A stretch of 63,530 nucleotides of DNA, the filler included, from Lenisia limosa (taxonomy: Eukaryota > Protista > Breviatea), in NCBI GenBank assembly GCA_001655205.1. It is 17 parts of 17 records of this genome, joined end to end, with 100 filler letters (N's around TTAATTAATTAA, not from the genome) between each part and the next. Parts side by side here need not be neighbours in the genome. Positions count along the whole stretch, not along the records: positions 1 to 2,835 come from LPNZ01010628.1; positions 2,936 to 7,411 come from LPNZ01004494.1; positions 7,512 to 18,227 come from LPNZ01008881.1; 14 more parts are not named here. One strand, 5' to 3'. Under the pieces are notes generated by a model, which was given only the letters and a program-made list of their open reading frames with translations, searched no databases and was not told the DNA's origin. Made by a program: the position numbers and the translations under genes. This document shows, one piece after another, positions 1 through 12,400 of this stretch (within the stretch, counting starts at the first letter, position 1; each line of letters begins with the position of its first letter).

Positions 1-28
1 GGGGCATCTAATTCACACTCCCTCTACC

Positions 29-126
29 TAAGGCTTCACTTCTGTTCGAAAAATGACTGAATTTGTCGATTTAATTTCGAAACCATCGATATTTTGCCTG
101 TCTCTTTCGAACGAAGTGAAGCTCTA
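29..126. mobile_element. MITE family A (hAT-type), intronic copy
   Basis: TIRs TAAGGCTTCACTTC...GAAGTGAAGCTCTA; 8-bp flanks cctctacc/cctgtacc (7/8). Confidence 0.85.
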
Positions 127-163
127 CCTGTACCCTTAAACTCAGATTTACCCCGTAATTTAG

Positions 164-280
164 ATGGAATCCTTCGGAACCACTGGCCGGATCCATATTA
201 GTAACGACACGTACCAAAGCCTCAGGCATCTGGACGGCTCCAAATACGTCTTTGAACAGAGGCCCCCAATGCTTATTAAG
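164..280 (+). CDS. Exon of class III adenylate/guanylate cyclase (end of catalytic domain)
   Basis: AG/GT-bounded exon encoding MESFGTTGRIHISNDTYQSLRHLDGSKYVFEQRPPMLIK, matching the class III cyclase motif (SR)MESxGxxGRIxxSxxTY...FExR..I.VKGKG. Confidence 0.75.
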
Positions 281-1158
281 GTTTGGGTGAATAAATATTA
301 TACTATAATCCAATATATCTTANNNNNNNNNNNNNNNNNNNNNNNNNNNNNNNNNNNNNNNNNNNNNNNNNNNNNNNNNNNNNNNNNNNNNNNNNNNNNN
401 NNNNNNNNNNNNNNNNNNNNNNNNNNNNNNNNNNNNNNNNNNNNNNNNNNNNNNNNNNNNNNNNNNNNNNNNNNNNNNNNNNNNNNNNNNNNNNNNNNNN
501 NNNNNNNNAAAAGACCATTTAAACATCCATATTTATCGAGGATTTATCGAGAATTTATCGGAGATTCGGTCTTTTTTGGGATCGTAAGGAAGCCCTAATA
601 ACTACCATGTTTAATTTTCCATTTCTACCCCCATTTGGGTGATCGAGCGGTGGTTTTGCACCAGTATTCTTCNNNNNNNNNNNNNNNNNNNNNNNNNNNN
701 NNNNNNNNNNNNNNNNNNNNNNNNNNNNNNNNNNNNNNNNNNNNNNNNNNNNNNNNNNNNNNNNNNNNNNNNNNNNNNNNNNNNNNNNNNNNNNNNNNNN
801 NNNNNNNNNNNNNNNNNNNNNNNNNNNNNNNNNNNNNNNNNNNNNNNNNNNNNNNNNNNNNNNNNNNNNNNNNNNNNNNNNNNNNNNNNNNNNNNNNNNN
901 NNNNNNNNNNNNNNNNNNNNNNNNNNNNNNNNNNNAACCTACTTTATCACGAAGCATCGCAACTTCTGCTGGGACACGGATCAGAAATATGACGGGCCTG
1001 TCTCGCGCGAAATCATCATGCGCCAAGTTTGCTTTTGCGTGTTATTTCGATAAGATATCGATAAATTCTGAATTATATATTTTTAAAATATCGGGGAATT
1101 CTCAGTAAATTATTGGTAAAATATCGATTAATTCCAGGTAATTGGTAATTAATAAATG

Positions 1159-1258
1159 TGGGGCTTCACTTCGGTTCGAAAAAGACCGGTAAAGTATCGA
1201 TAGTTTTCGAGGATTTATCGAGACATTCAGTCTTTTTTCGAACCGAAGTGAAGCCCTA
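1159..1258. mobile_element. MITE family A copy
   Basis: TIRs GGGCTTCACTTCGGTTCGAAAAAGAC / GTCTTTTTTCGAACCGAAGTGAAGCCCTA; flanks aataaatg/gataaatg (7/8). Confidence 0.9.
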
Positions 1259-1479
1259 GATAAATGTCAATTGACCCTGAAATTTTCCTTCGTTTACCCC
1301 TCCCACCCCCTATCAAATATATAAATAGTATAGTATATATCATATTCTGGTTTGAGTTCTGGGTTTTTTTTGTTTCGTAAATTGTCCAATTTTACTCCTC
1401 CTCCCCCCCCCCTCCCACTNNNNNNNNNNNNNNNNNNNTTTTTGGGCTTTTTCACAAATTGTCGAATTTTACCCCCCAG

Positions 1480-2814
1480 GTATCCGAATATAGCCTTGGT
1501 TCCAAGTCAATTTCCTCTGAGAAACGCTGTGGGAAGGGTAATATTACAATAATTTTTAAGTGAAAAGACAAAGGCCCATTTTTCGGCTCAACCAAATATG
1601 AGGTCCACTTTTTTTTTTGCACCAGTGGTTAAAAACAAATGAAGCTTTAAGTTGTATTTTTAGAACAGTTGATAGACGAGTTCAAAGATTTTGCTCAGCC
1701 CCATTTTTCACAGTAGTTTTCCCCCAATAATTAACTTCTAACTTCGTAAAGCCTCGTCGCACCCCCAGTTAAATAAGTCGGAGAGCGGAAGCAGTTCAGT
1801 TCTCAGCCACCCCGTGCCGGCTGCCAGATCAGCCGTTCCAATGGTGAGTGCCTATTTTTTGAAGCCTTAGTGTAACTTCGGTTCGAAAATAGACTGAATT
1901 TATATATCGATATTTTATCGGTCTGTTTTGGACCTGTGTGAAACTGGGATTATTATGAGGGCTTCGCATACGATGACAGATTTATCGATATTTAGTAATT
2001 TTATCGATATTTATCGACGATTTTTTCTTCTTTCCAGCTTGTCAACTGCTATTTTATTCAATAAATCTTCCCCATTTGATTTGTAATTAGTACCTTTGCG
2101 TCGATATTCATCGAAATTTCCTTCGTCTTACCCCCTTCCTCCACCCTCATTTAATTGCCATTTGTGTTTCTCAGTTTTTTTTTTCCTTTTCCTTTTCCTT
2201 TTCCTTTTCACCTTTTTACACCTTTTTTCACCTTTTTACACCTTTTTACACCCCCAGTACTTCAAGCATGAAAACCAAAGTGACCGAAGTATTTTGACCT
2301 ATTCCGATATCGCTGATGACGATGGTGGGTGTTTTTGATAATGTTGATGATGATGATGGTGGTGGTGGTGGCGGTGATGATGGTGGTGATGATGATGATG
2401 GTGGTGGTGGTGGTGGTGATGATAATGTTGATGATGATGATGGTAGTGGTGGCGGCGGTGANNNNNNNNNNNNNNNNNNNNNNNNNNNNNNNNNNNNNNN
2501 NNNNNNNNNNNNNNNNNNNNNNNNNNNNNNNNNNNNNNNNNNGGTGATGATGATGATGGTGGTGATGATGGTGGGTATTATTGTTGTTATTAATGATAAT
2601 GGCTCCCGTTGGTGATGATTGTAATTTTAATAATATTCAACATTATTAACATCATCAACATCATCAATATTAGTAAAATTAACAGTATATATACATTATT
2701 AACATCAGCAGAAGAGATACCATCTCGGACAATCGACCAACAAGACGTGGTGTTTCCCACCCCCTCTGCATCATCCCTCTCAGTCATCACCAACCCCCTT
2801 GATGTCGCTATTGT
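1480..2814 (+). CDS. Several small exons of a low-complexity (Ser/Asp/Gly-rich) protein, possibly the tail of the cyclase gene
   Basis: AG/GT-bounded open segments at about 1480-1537, 1772-1845, from 2258, and 2710-2814, plus a GAT/GGT microsatellite at 2316-2600. No recognisable domain. Confidence 0.3.
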
Positions 2815-2835
2815 AAGCTAATGTAAAGATATCTC

Positions 2836-2935
2836 NNNNNNNNNNNNNNNNNNNNNNNNNNNNNNNNNNNNNNNNNNNNTTAATTAATTAANNNNNNNNN
2901 NNNNNNNNNNNNNNNNNNNNNNNNNNNNNNNNNNN
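2836..2935. other. Artificial scaffold-joining spacer (N44-TTAATTAATTAA-N44), first of 16
   Basis: The identical 100-nt spacer has stops in all six frames. The 12-mer starts at 2880, 7456, 18272, 19788, 25606, 28151, 30897, 36504, 37834, 45225, 50382, 53552, 54815, 57638, 60017 and 61326. Adjacency across spacers is not biological. Confidence 0.97.
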
Positions 2936-5900
2936 AAATTCACCTTTGCTTGAGTTGACTTCCTTGAGCATAGCAGCAGCTTCCTGAGTTTTCTTTTCAG
3001 CGTCATTGAAAAGAGCTACAGGGGTTATAATTTGAAATAATAAGGAGATTTATGATATCATGTGGTGCTATAGAAACAACTGTAGTCCCAGCTCATTTGT
3101 AGAAGGAAAATAAAATATTCAATGCATTCTACTTTTGCCTGAACCCACCTTGGGCAGCCTTGCGGTCTTTCACATTCTGAGCCTGGGTCTCTTGAATGGA
3201 GTTGAAGAGTCCTGAATATCAATTAGAAAAGCGGCAATTAGGAAGGAATGAAAAAAATATAAAAGCCCCAGACTTTCAGCTTCAGCAAACTTCTCCTCGG
3301 AAGCCTTCTTCTGTTCGTTCAGCTGGGCATCCTTAGCCTTGACAGAGGCCAAAACTTCTTTCTCCTGCTCCTCAAGCTATATGGTCACGTTTTTTGAGAT
3401 TTATGTATATATGTATGAAGCAGTTGAAGATGAAGATGGATTGAAGGTGAATTAGAGAATGGAACCCACCTTAGCCTCACGAGCGGCCATGTCCTTGATA
3501 AGAGCCTCTTGGGAGTCCTTGAATTCAGCCTCGCGCTTAGCCAGAGCCTCAACCTCCTTGGTGATACTGTCGCTGTTGGCCTTGACGTCAGCCTCATGCT
3601 TAGCAGCGAAAGCCTGGGACTCCTCCTCGGACTTCTTCAGGCTGGAAATCAGCTCGCCTTGAACTAAACTGTGAAAAACAAAACAAAACAAAACAAAAAC
3701 AACAAAAAAACATTTTGAGGTGGTCGAAGAGAATCTAAAACAGAAACTCAAAGCATACTCTTAAGCTCCTCCTTGAGAAGATCATGAGCGGCCTTCTCAG
3801 CAGTGGCTTTCTCCTCAGCGGCCTTCGACTTGGCAAGAACCTTCTCCATGAGAGCCTTGTTATTCTCACGGTTTTTCTTGTTCAAAGCTTCAATCTCGGT
3901 AGTGTGCGCCTCCACACTCACTAAAGGGTCAAGTGAAGAAATGTATCAAAGAATATGACAGGGAAAATCAAAGATGCAAACTCATGTTCTTGTCTTCAGC
4001 GGGCTGAGCCGTCTCAGCGGCCTTCTTCAGGTCCTTCTCAAGTTTCTCCTTCTCTTGCTCAACCTTGACAATCTTCTCCTGAGTCTGTTTTCTCTCATCT
4101 TCAACCTTCTTCATCTCTTCCTTGATCTTCTTATTCTCTTCTTCAACCTTCTTCAACTCTTCCTTCATCTTCTTCCTCTCATCTTCAATCTTCTTTGTCT
4201 CTTCCTTAATCTTCTTATTCTCATCTTCAACCTTTTTCACTTCAGTATCAGTCTTCTTCACCTCGGCCTTCTTCATCTCCTCAACCTGCTTAAGAGCCTC
4301 AGCAGCCTTAGCCTCGGCATCCTTAGCCTTCGCGTCGGCGTCAGCAATCTTGGCGTTGGCCGCAGCAGCCATGGACTCCCACTTGTCGGACTCAGCAAGA
4401 GCATCATCAAGTTGGTTTTGAACGTCAACAGGAACAGAAGGCTCACTTGTGGCAGCGAGCTTGGCAGTCAGATCGGCAATCTGAGCTTGGTGAGAATGGA
4501 TACTTCGTCATTGTTATCTCCAAGTATTAATATCAAACTGAGCCTTACCGTCTTCTCAGACTCGACAGAAGCGGCGTGAATAGCAGCAGCGGAAGAATCG
4601 GCACCACGACGAGCCTCGAGAAGCTCATTATGAAGGTTGTTCATGTTCTTAGCAGCCTCTTCGTTCTATGGTTCCAGTTAGTTGCTCATGAAACACGTTA
4701 TCAATTATGTAATCTTGCCTGTCTCACCTGATCCTTTGCCTGCTTGAGTCCAGTGTTGGCAGCTTGAAGCTCATGAGTGAGGTTGTCCTAGGCAGTTAGA
4801 AAAGAAAGAAAAAAAAANNNNNNNNNNNNNNNNNNNNNNNNNNNNNNNNNNNNNNNNNNNNNNNNNNNNNNNNNNNNNNNNNNNNNNNNNNNNNNNNNNN
4901 NNNNNNNNNNNNNNNNNNNGCAGAGGTCAGGACTCCTCAATATGTAGCAAAAGTATTACAAACCCCGTACCCTCCCTAACCCACCTGGCACTCGTGCAGG
5001 ATGAAGGAAACCTGTGCAGTTTCTTGGGCCTTGACGTTAAGTTCCTGAGAAATAAGAAAACCATCAGAAGGAGCATACATGGTTGAGTTGGTTCATCTGG
5101 TTGTTGGCAATGACCATTTCACCCGAAAGATTCTTATTATGCTGGGAGAGACCAATCACCTGAGACTGGAAAGTTAGAAAAGTACCTGCAAAACGTCTGA
5201 AGCATACCTTAAACTCCTCAAGAGATTGAGTGAGGTTGCGGTTAATCAGGTCCTTGTTGGCACACTATGAAAGGTAAGTGGTTTCTCTCCCCTTTTGGAA
5301 CCAGAATATAAAAGATCATACATACCTCTTGGCGGAGATTGCGGATCTCAGAAATAGTCTCAGCTGACATAGCAGGGGTGGCGGGCTCGGCTTCAAGCGA
5401 GGCAATCTTGGCAGAGGCCAAGTCGAGTCTTCAGAAAGGTCAGAGCAAGAGGCTACATGCTGAGCTTACTTGGACTTGAACTCAGTAGAATCTTTTTCAG
5501 CTGTCTTTCGGGCGTTGTTTGAAACTTTGCGTTCATTGTCAATGCGCTCGATTGTCTTCTCAAGGGTGGCAGCATTGGTGGTAAGACGCTTGACCTCAGC
5601 TTCAAGTTTCTTGATCTTCTTGGTGGAAGCTGGAAGGCTGTGAATAGAGAAGCTTTTGCAGAAAGAGAATATATACATACATATATACTCACCATCAGTC
5701 TTTCTTCCAGCAACCTTGAATCCCACAGTGTCTTCCTTCTCGATCTTGGAAAATGAGAAAAGCGGCAGATTGCTTACCATGCGAAGCTGATACTCTTCAA
5801 CTGTTAATCCGGCTGCTTTGGCCTAAAATGGAGTCAGAGCATGGCAGAGGACAGAAAACTGGAGTGAATGGAAAATCATTAAACCCACATCCTTGATTAA

Positions 5901-6839
5901 TTGTGCATATTCCGCTGAAACAGGCTCTAAAAGGGTGTAAGATACGTACAGCACAGAAAAGGGACTTTACCTTCTATTTTCGTGGGTTCATTCACCTTCT
6001 GCTCTTCTCCCTTCCTTCTGCTCTCTTCTGCCTTCTCAAGCTTCTTTGGCTTTTGTTCACCCTTGTTTTGAGCCTTTTCCTCCTCCTTCTTTGCCTCCTT
6101 GCTCTTCTTTGACTTCTCAGAGTTCTGCTCAGTTTTGACGCTAGTATCACCCTTCTTCTCCTCAGTCTTCTTTTCAACCTTCTTCTCAGAAGCCTTCACA
6201 GTCTTCTCCTCCTCCTTCTTTTCAACCTTCTTCTCAGTATTCTTTTCAACCTTCTCCTCCTTCTTTTCAACCTTCTTCTCAGTCTTCTTTTCAACCTTCT
6301 TCTCAGTCTTCTTGGGAGCCTGCTTCTCAATCTCGCCAGTTTCAACAGCAGCCTTCACCTTCGTAAAGGCCTCTTGCTTTTGTTCTTGCTCCATTACGTA
6401 AACCTCAGCAGTACCATCCTTCTTCTTGCGTCTCTTTTTTGACTCAACACGGACGAAACCCTCATCCATAAGCTCATGTCCATCTCCATAATCATCAACC
6501 GTCAAATCACCAAAAGAATCAGTGGGAGGGGCAACAGTAACATCTTGAGCAGGAGCGGCAGCCTTAAAAGATTTGGCAGTTTTCTGAGAGGTGAGGAAAT
6601 TCGCAATTGTTATGAATGAACACAAACGAAAGGCAAAACCCAGTGAAATTGTGGATTCCTCCTACCTTTGGCTTAGCTTCCTGGGTTTTTACCTTCTTTT
6701 GCTTGTTACGAAGAGCTCTTTCCTGGATTTGCTTTTCTTTCAATTTTCTTTCCGCAATTTCCCTCTCTTCTTCTTCAATTATCTCATTTGCAGTTGAAGA
6801 ATTATCAATGGGCGACCACCAGCTCGAAAAAAAGGACAT
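2936..6839 (-). CDS. Large multi-exon Lys/Glu/Ala-rich coiled-coil protein (3' end runs off the scaffold)
   Basis: Start MSFFSSWWSPID at 6839. More than 12 AG/GT-bounded exons give continuous heptad-like sequence (KKVEDENKKIKEETKKIEDERKK..., EKKVEKK repeats), with coding-type codon bias on the minus strand. Confidence 0.8.
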
Positions 6840-7652
6840 GATCACCAATTCACTACTAAAACACCCCTTTTATGAGTTCCCGCCCTCAATTACACCACAC
6901 TTACACTCCCTTCTTCTAATATACAGAAAAGAAGTGAAATTTTGCGAATTTAATTGTTTAGATGATATATATCGAAGAATTTCGAGAAAAATATCGATTA
7001 AAATAAGCAGCCAAAAGCCAAAGCCCAAAGCCCACAAATCCCAAACTTGTCAAACTGAGTGCTTTATTAAATTTATTAATGCCACTTTAATGGGAGATAA
7101 TTAATAGATAGAGGCAGATATTGTTGAGAGAGACTCCCCCCCCCCTCCTCACTTCCTATTAGCAGAAATTAAAATAAGTTCCCAAGATAAGCCTTTTCTC
7201 TCTGATGGGAATTCACAGTATTTCTCTTGAGGAGGTGGTAAGAATAAAATTTTGATTTCTCATTTCATTTAGTTTCCGTCTCTTTCTGAAGGTCTCATCC
7301 TGAGGCCTCTTGAAGTTTCTGATTACGAAAAAGGTTATATACACCTACTTTCTAATCTAACTGACACCGGTACTGTTTCACAAGTTGATTTCCAAAGTAA
7401 GCTGTGTTCCCNNNNNNNNNNNNNNNNNNNNNNNNNNNNNNNNNNNNNNNNNNNNTTAATTAATTAANNNNNNNNNNNNNNNNNNNNNNNNNNNNNNNNN
7501 NNNNNNNNNNNAAAAAAGAAGAAAGAGTTTATGAAACAGAAGAAAAAAACCCCCAAAATTAACAGTAAAATGGACCAAAACAAACAAAAAAACTTTGTCG
7601 GGAGAAATTGATGAAACCATTGTTGAAATAAGTCGCACTATCTTTACTTAGC

Positions 7653-9157
7653 TCATTCACCATCAACCCAATACCCAGCCCACTCGAAACCCTCATTCAA
7701 CAAGTTAACATCAATGTGGCACTCATTGAGACAAAGATCGGCCTCAAGCGTCAGAAGAACCATGCTTAGGTTGATGCCTTGGGACTTGGTCGTTTTCCGG
7801 ACCTTCGCGAGGGTTGCTTTGGCTTCGGCCTGGGTGGGGGGTCAGGCTCTATAGATAAAGAGGTGTAAGAAGAATAAAGAGTGTGGGTGCGAGTGTATGG
7901 TAGTTTGTTTATGGTATCCCTATGTATTTATTTGTTTCCCTAGATTTCTAATGTATATTATTATTTATTTCTCTTGCTAAAAAAGAAAGAAGAATAGTGG
8001 GGGTGTAAGTATTGTTCTCTACTGTGGTGAGAGGGGGGGGGGGGGGNNNNNNNNNNNNNNNNNNNNNNNNNNNNNNNNNNNNNNNNNNNNNNNNNNNNNN
8101 NNNNNNNNNNNNNNNNNNNNNNNNNNNNNNNNNNNNNNNNNNNNNNNNAACACACGAGGGTTGATGACAAAACAAAGCAACAGTCCATTTTATGCCAGCA
8201 GAGCAAAAAGAGTCGTATAAGACCAAAGCCTCCTTCAGACCCACCACCAGGTCAAGCCTCCTTCAGACCCACCCACCAGGTCACCGATTGTAGAAAGGTA
8301 ACACGCTTTCTTCTTGAGAGCTTCACAAACCTCAGACTCTCCATGGTTCTAACAAGTGTGAAATAAGAACAATAGGAACTCCCCATGGTTGTGGGTTGAG
8401 GAATGCTTCCAAAACAGATTCTGTAGTGTGTGTGTCATAATATTCACCCATTCATTAACCAAAAATGAGAAAAAAATAATGCAATATCTCACCGACAGAT
8501 ATTATTATTATAATGATCGGTTGGAAAAGAAGAGTATGGAGGTACGCTCATCTTAGCATTTGAAATATCAATATATTCACTTGATGATACGTAGAGCAGC
8601 ATTCTTCGTAAGCCTCGAAAAATACTGTATTTTTAGGAGCGTCAATCCCCAATAAGGGACAAAATGGAGCAAAATGGTATCATAATGCTGCCCTTGATCC
8701 GTGTTACGCTTGTCAGCCTATGTCACTAGTTTGATGTATGTATTTTAAGGCAAAAAGTTGAGAAAAGACCATTCTACGTGAAGGGCAATTAGTGAATTAA
8801 GCTTGTTATAAGTTCCAACACTAAAGAATATTCTTCTTGGTACGAGCTTATTCTAAGACAAACTCAAGTCCCTCCTGACCTCTTCAGCATCCTTAATTGC
8901 CTCTTCGCAATCCTCCAGAGCCTTCTTGACCTTCGCCTCATGATCAGTCAATTGAGGAAGTGGTTCAAGACCATGACGCTCCTTAAGGGTCTCATACCAC
9001 TTGATCATGTCTAAATTTGTTATCAGTGGTGAGTAGGGCTCAGAAGGTGAAGGGAACAAAGTCAGAAGAGGCAACCATTTGTTTTGGCATATTCGGCAAC
9101 TTCCTGGACAACTGCGCTGCTTTTGTCCGTTTTAAGCTTGTGAGCTAACTCAATAGC
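7653..9157 (-). CDS. RPN7: 26S proteasome regulatory subunit RPN7/PSMD6-like, N-terminal part
   Basis: Exons DMIKWYETLKERHGL...KKALEDCEEAIKDAEE / MGESEVCEALKKKACYLSTIGDL / AEAKATLAKVRKTTKSQGINLSMVLL align with PSMD6 NMAPYYEAL...[46 protein letters not shown]. One junction is out of phase. Confidence 0.72.
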
Positions 9158-9453
9158 CTGAAGAGAAATGGATGAATGGTCTTCCTCTTCCATTATTAAA
9201 AAAGTGAAGTCAAACAATGATCTATTTTTGAAATATTCTTTAATAACTCAGTAATATGTTCTCTAATACACGCTTGAAATCCTAAAATTCTCGTGAAAGT
9301 TTTCGCCGTATTGTAAAAGATATATACACCCCATGGTTTTCGCGGTTTTCGATTATACATATGCCCCGTGACGGGAGTTCAATAATTACGCCGATATGCC
9401 GAAGTATAAAAACGTATTTTTCTCCGACCTGAAGCAATTTATCAGGAATAACC

Positions 9454-12400
9454 ATGCGAAATCATAGTTATTTTTTACTCCTTCTACTAGTAGTGCTGAG
9501 CTTAGGCTCCAACGCTTTTGCCCAATGTTCTCGCAAAACAACGTAGGCCCTATTTTATCTAATTAACCGCACTATTATAGCGCCTGTGCTTGTACTGATG
9601 ATCCTTTGTGCGAACTATGCCTAAACGGTGGCTCCGATGCAAGCTGTGTTGAAATCGGTAAGCTTTGCTTTGCCTCTTGCCTCCATTAACACATCAGGTT
9701 CCTCTGCTCAGTGTATTAAACGCCTTCAGCTGGACTGCACTGACGTAAGCCCTTTCACTCTCATACTTTTGATCACTTATTCCGCTTGCACGGTCAAACT
9801 TTAACTATTTCAGGAGGATAGAACCTGTCAATCATCTTCTGATGGGTGGTGCGATGTATGTTTGTGAAATTGAGGTGATGAATTGAATAAGGGAGATATA
9901 GTTTCCTTCATCCAAACATTTAGTGTGTGTTTGTTTGGTCCTGACCATTCTCACTCTCCAGTGCCTAGATAAACCAACCTGCGGGTCGTGCACCATCGAT
10001 GTTGGTGGATGGAATGGGGCATGGGCGTGTTGGGCTGAAAATACCGAGTAATTATATTTATCAAGGAGGGTTCATGGAATTCAGTCTTTTTGCCTGAGGC
10101 TTGTTTGCTATTCATGATGTCAATGTATGATATCTTGAGCTTCAAAATGATTGAAAAATGCTTGTAAAATATTGGTATTGGTCAATAATTTTTAATCTTC
10201 TTGGGACCGTCTTACAGTATTGTCATTGAAACTTATTATTTATTTGATTAATGGAGAATTTCAATTTTTACGATGGCAGTTTTCATCATTTTCGCTTTTT
10301 ACAGCCACGTTATCAAATAATATCAGCTCATTTCCCTCTTTTGGGCCCATATTTGATCCGGCATTTGAGTCGTCCTTTGTCACCGATCAGATTGATGGAG
10401 CGTGGGATTCTGGGGTGTGTCTCAACACTCAAAAGAACTTCTGTGAAAAATGGTGAGATGGCGTTTATCTTCTCCTGGGGTTTCAGTCCTGTTTCTTCAG
10501 TACCGGTTCTCTTGATCCGATTTGGGGATGATTGGGTTTTTATTTTTATTTTATTCTTTCACTGATTCCAAAAAGGAAACCAGTTTTTCATAATATCTAG
10601 GCGTATGAATGAATGCAGCTTCTTCGAACGCGTACTTGAGTTCCTCTACAACTACTGGAAGATTATTGTGACAAGTTAGTCGGGGGAGGGGGGCGTGACC
10701 GTCATCATCACCAGCAGCACCAGCTTCATTAATCTTCATCATCTTCATCATTTTAGTCCCTATTATCATCTTCATAACCTGAGTCCCCATTATTATCTTC
10801 ATCACTTTAGTCCCCATTATCATCTTCATTATCTTCTGGTGGTTTGTTCGCGGTCGTTACTGGTGGCGCAGTGTTAGTGGTGGATTCCTTCATTTCTAAG
10901 GCTATTCAAATCATTGTCAGTCATTTATCATTATTTCTCTGTGCTGATGTAGTTTCCCATCTGCGCTATTATCCCATGATACCCCCCCCCCCCCNNNNNN
11001 NNNNNNNNNNNNNNNNNNNNNNNNNNNNNNNNNNNNNNNNNNNNNNNNNNNNNNNNNNNNNNNNNNNNNNNNNNNNNNNNNNNNNNNNNNNNNNNNNNNN
11101 NNNNNNCTTTGTTTGTTTTGTTGCTATCAACCCTTGTGTGTTTTCAGCTAACATAGTTGATTTTGGGCTTTTTTTGTTTTACAATTCTCTAGTTGTACTC
11201 CCCCCTCCCTTAGCACGTCCTAACACCCCAGACTAGCCACCATCGCTGCTGCTGCCATCCCCACGCCGCGTGTAACGGGTGCTGCGGCATGCACCCCTAT
11301 GAGGCAAGGCCACCACCTGTATGGGGGGGGGGGAAGATGTACATCCCCACTTGATTATGAGATCAATTTATTTGTTCATCAAACCATTGTTAACACCTTG
11401 TTCAGTTTTGTTTTATCTCATAATATGTCTCTAAATTAGGAGGAGATTAGTTTGCTGTTTTGGTTAGAGAAACCAAAATGTTATTTTGTTTTTGAATAAA
11501 CCTGATATTTGGGTGTTTTCACTTTGTAGCATCTCAGCCACTCCTCACGCAAATCCAACGCAACTCGCGTGGCACCATGTTTCCCTCAGAACCCCTGTGC
11601 TTGGTGGGTGGTGGAGAACTTAATTTAATGTTGCATGATGGTGGTGTGAAGCCAAATACTATAATCCAATATCGCTTATAAGCGTGATGGTGTTGACGTC
11701 TTCGGATACAACCTTGTTTTATTTATTTTTTCTTCTCATTTTTACCTTTTTTTCACATTCTGACCCCCCCCCCCTTTTCCCAGCTGCCGTGGAGGTACCC
11801 CCGAGGAGTGGGCGAATTCGAAGGAACGTCACCCTTGTGGCTGTGGTGAGGGTGGTAGTGTCTTCACTATGACTGACTTGGGATCTCAGATATGACACAT
11901 CTTCAGGCTTTGGGATTATGTGCGGCATTGGAATTTCAATATGACATAAGAAAATGTATGTAATTATATGTATGTATTCTTCTTCTTCATTAACTCCTCC
12001 CCCACCCCCTTACTTTATTCTTTAGCAGAGTTTTCTCTCACCCNNNNNNNNNNNNNNNNNNNNNNNNNNNNNNNNNNNNNNNNNNNNNNGTGCTTTTGGA
12101 TTCCGTTCTGTTGCTGTTTCGCCTGGCCTGGGTTCCTTCTGAGATGCTGCTGCGAGGTGGGGGTTTAAACTTTTAAACAATCAGTTTTGATGACAGCCCC
12201 CTATCACCAAATTTACCCTTTATCAGGACCAAATCGACCCGGTTGGCGAGGCTGAAGCGCGTAATGCTTCGAAGGGCAAAAGACGGGGGAAGAAAATCCC
12301 GAAGAACAACTCTATGAAGGACCAGGTTTGAGGGNNNNNNNNNNNNNNNNNNNNNNNNNNNNNNNNNNNNNNNNNNNNNNNNNNNNNNNNNNNNNNNNNN

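Noticed and set aside
164-1108. ORFs in the track dominated by X
   Set aside because: They are open only because N runs hide stop codons; this applies throughout the window.
3974-4579. Long Leu/Phe/Ser-rich ORFs (3974-4579, 4122-4421, 6099-6401)
   Set aside because: These are antisense shadows of the K/E-rich coiled-coil exons.
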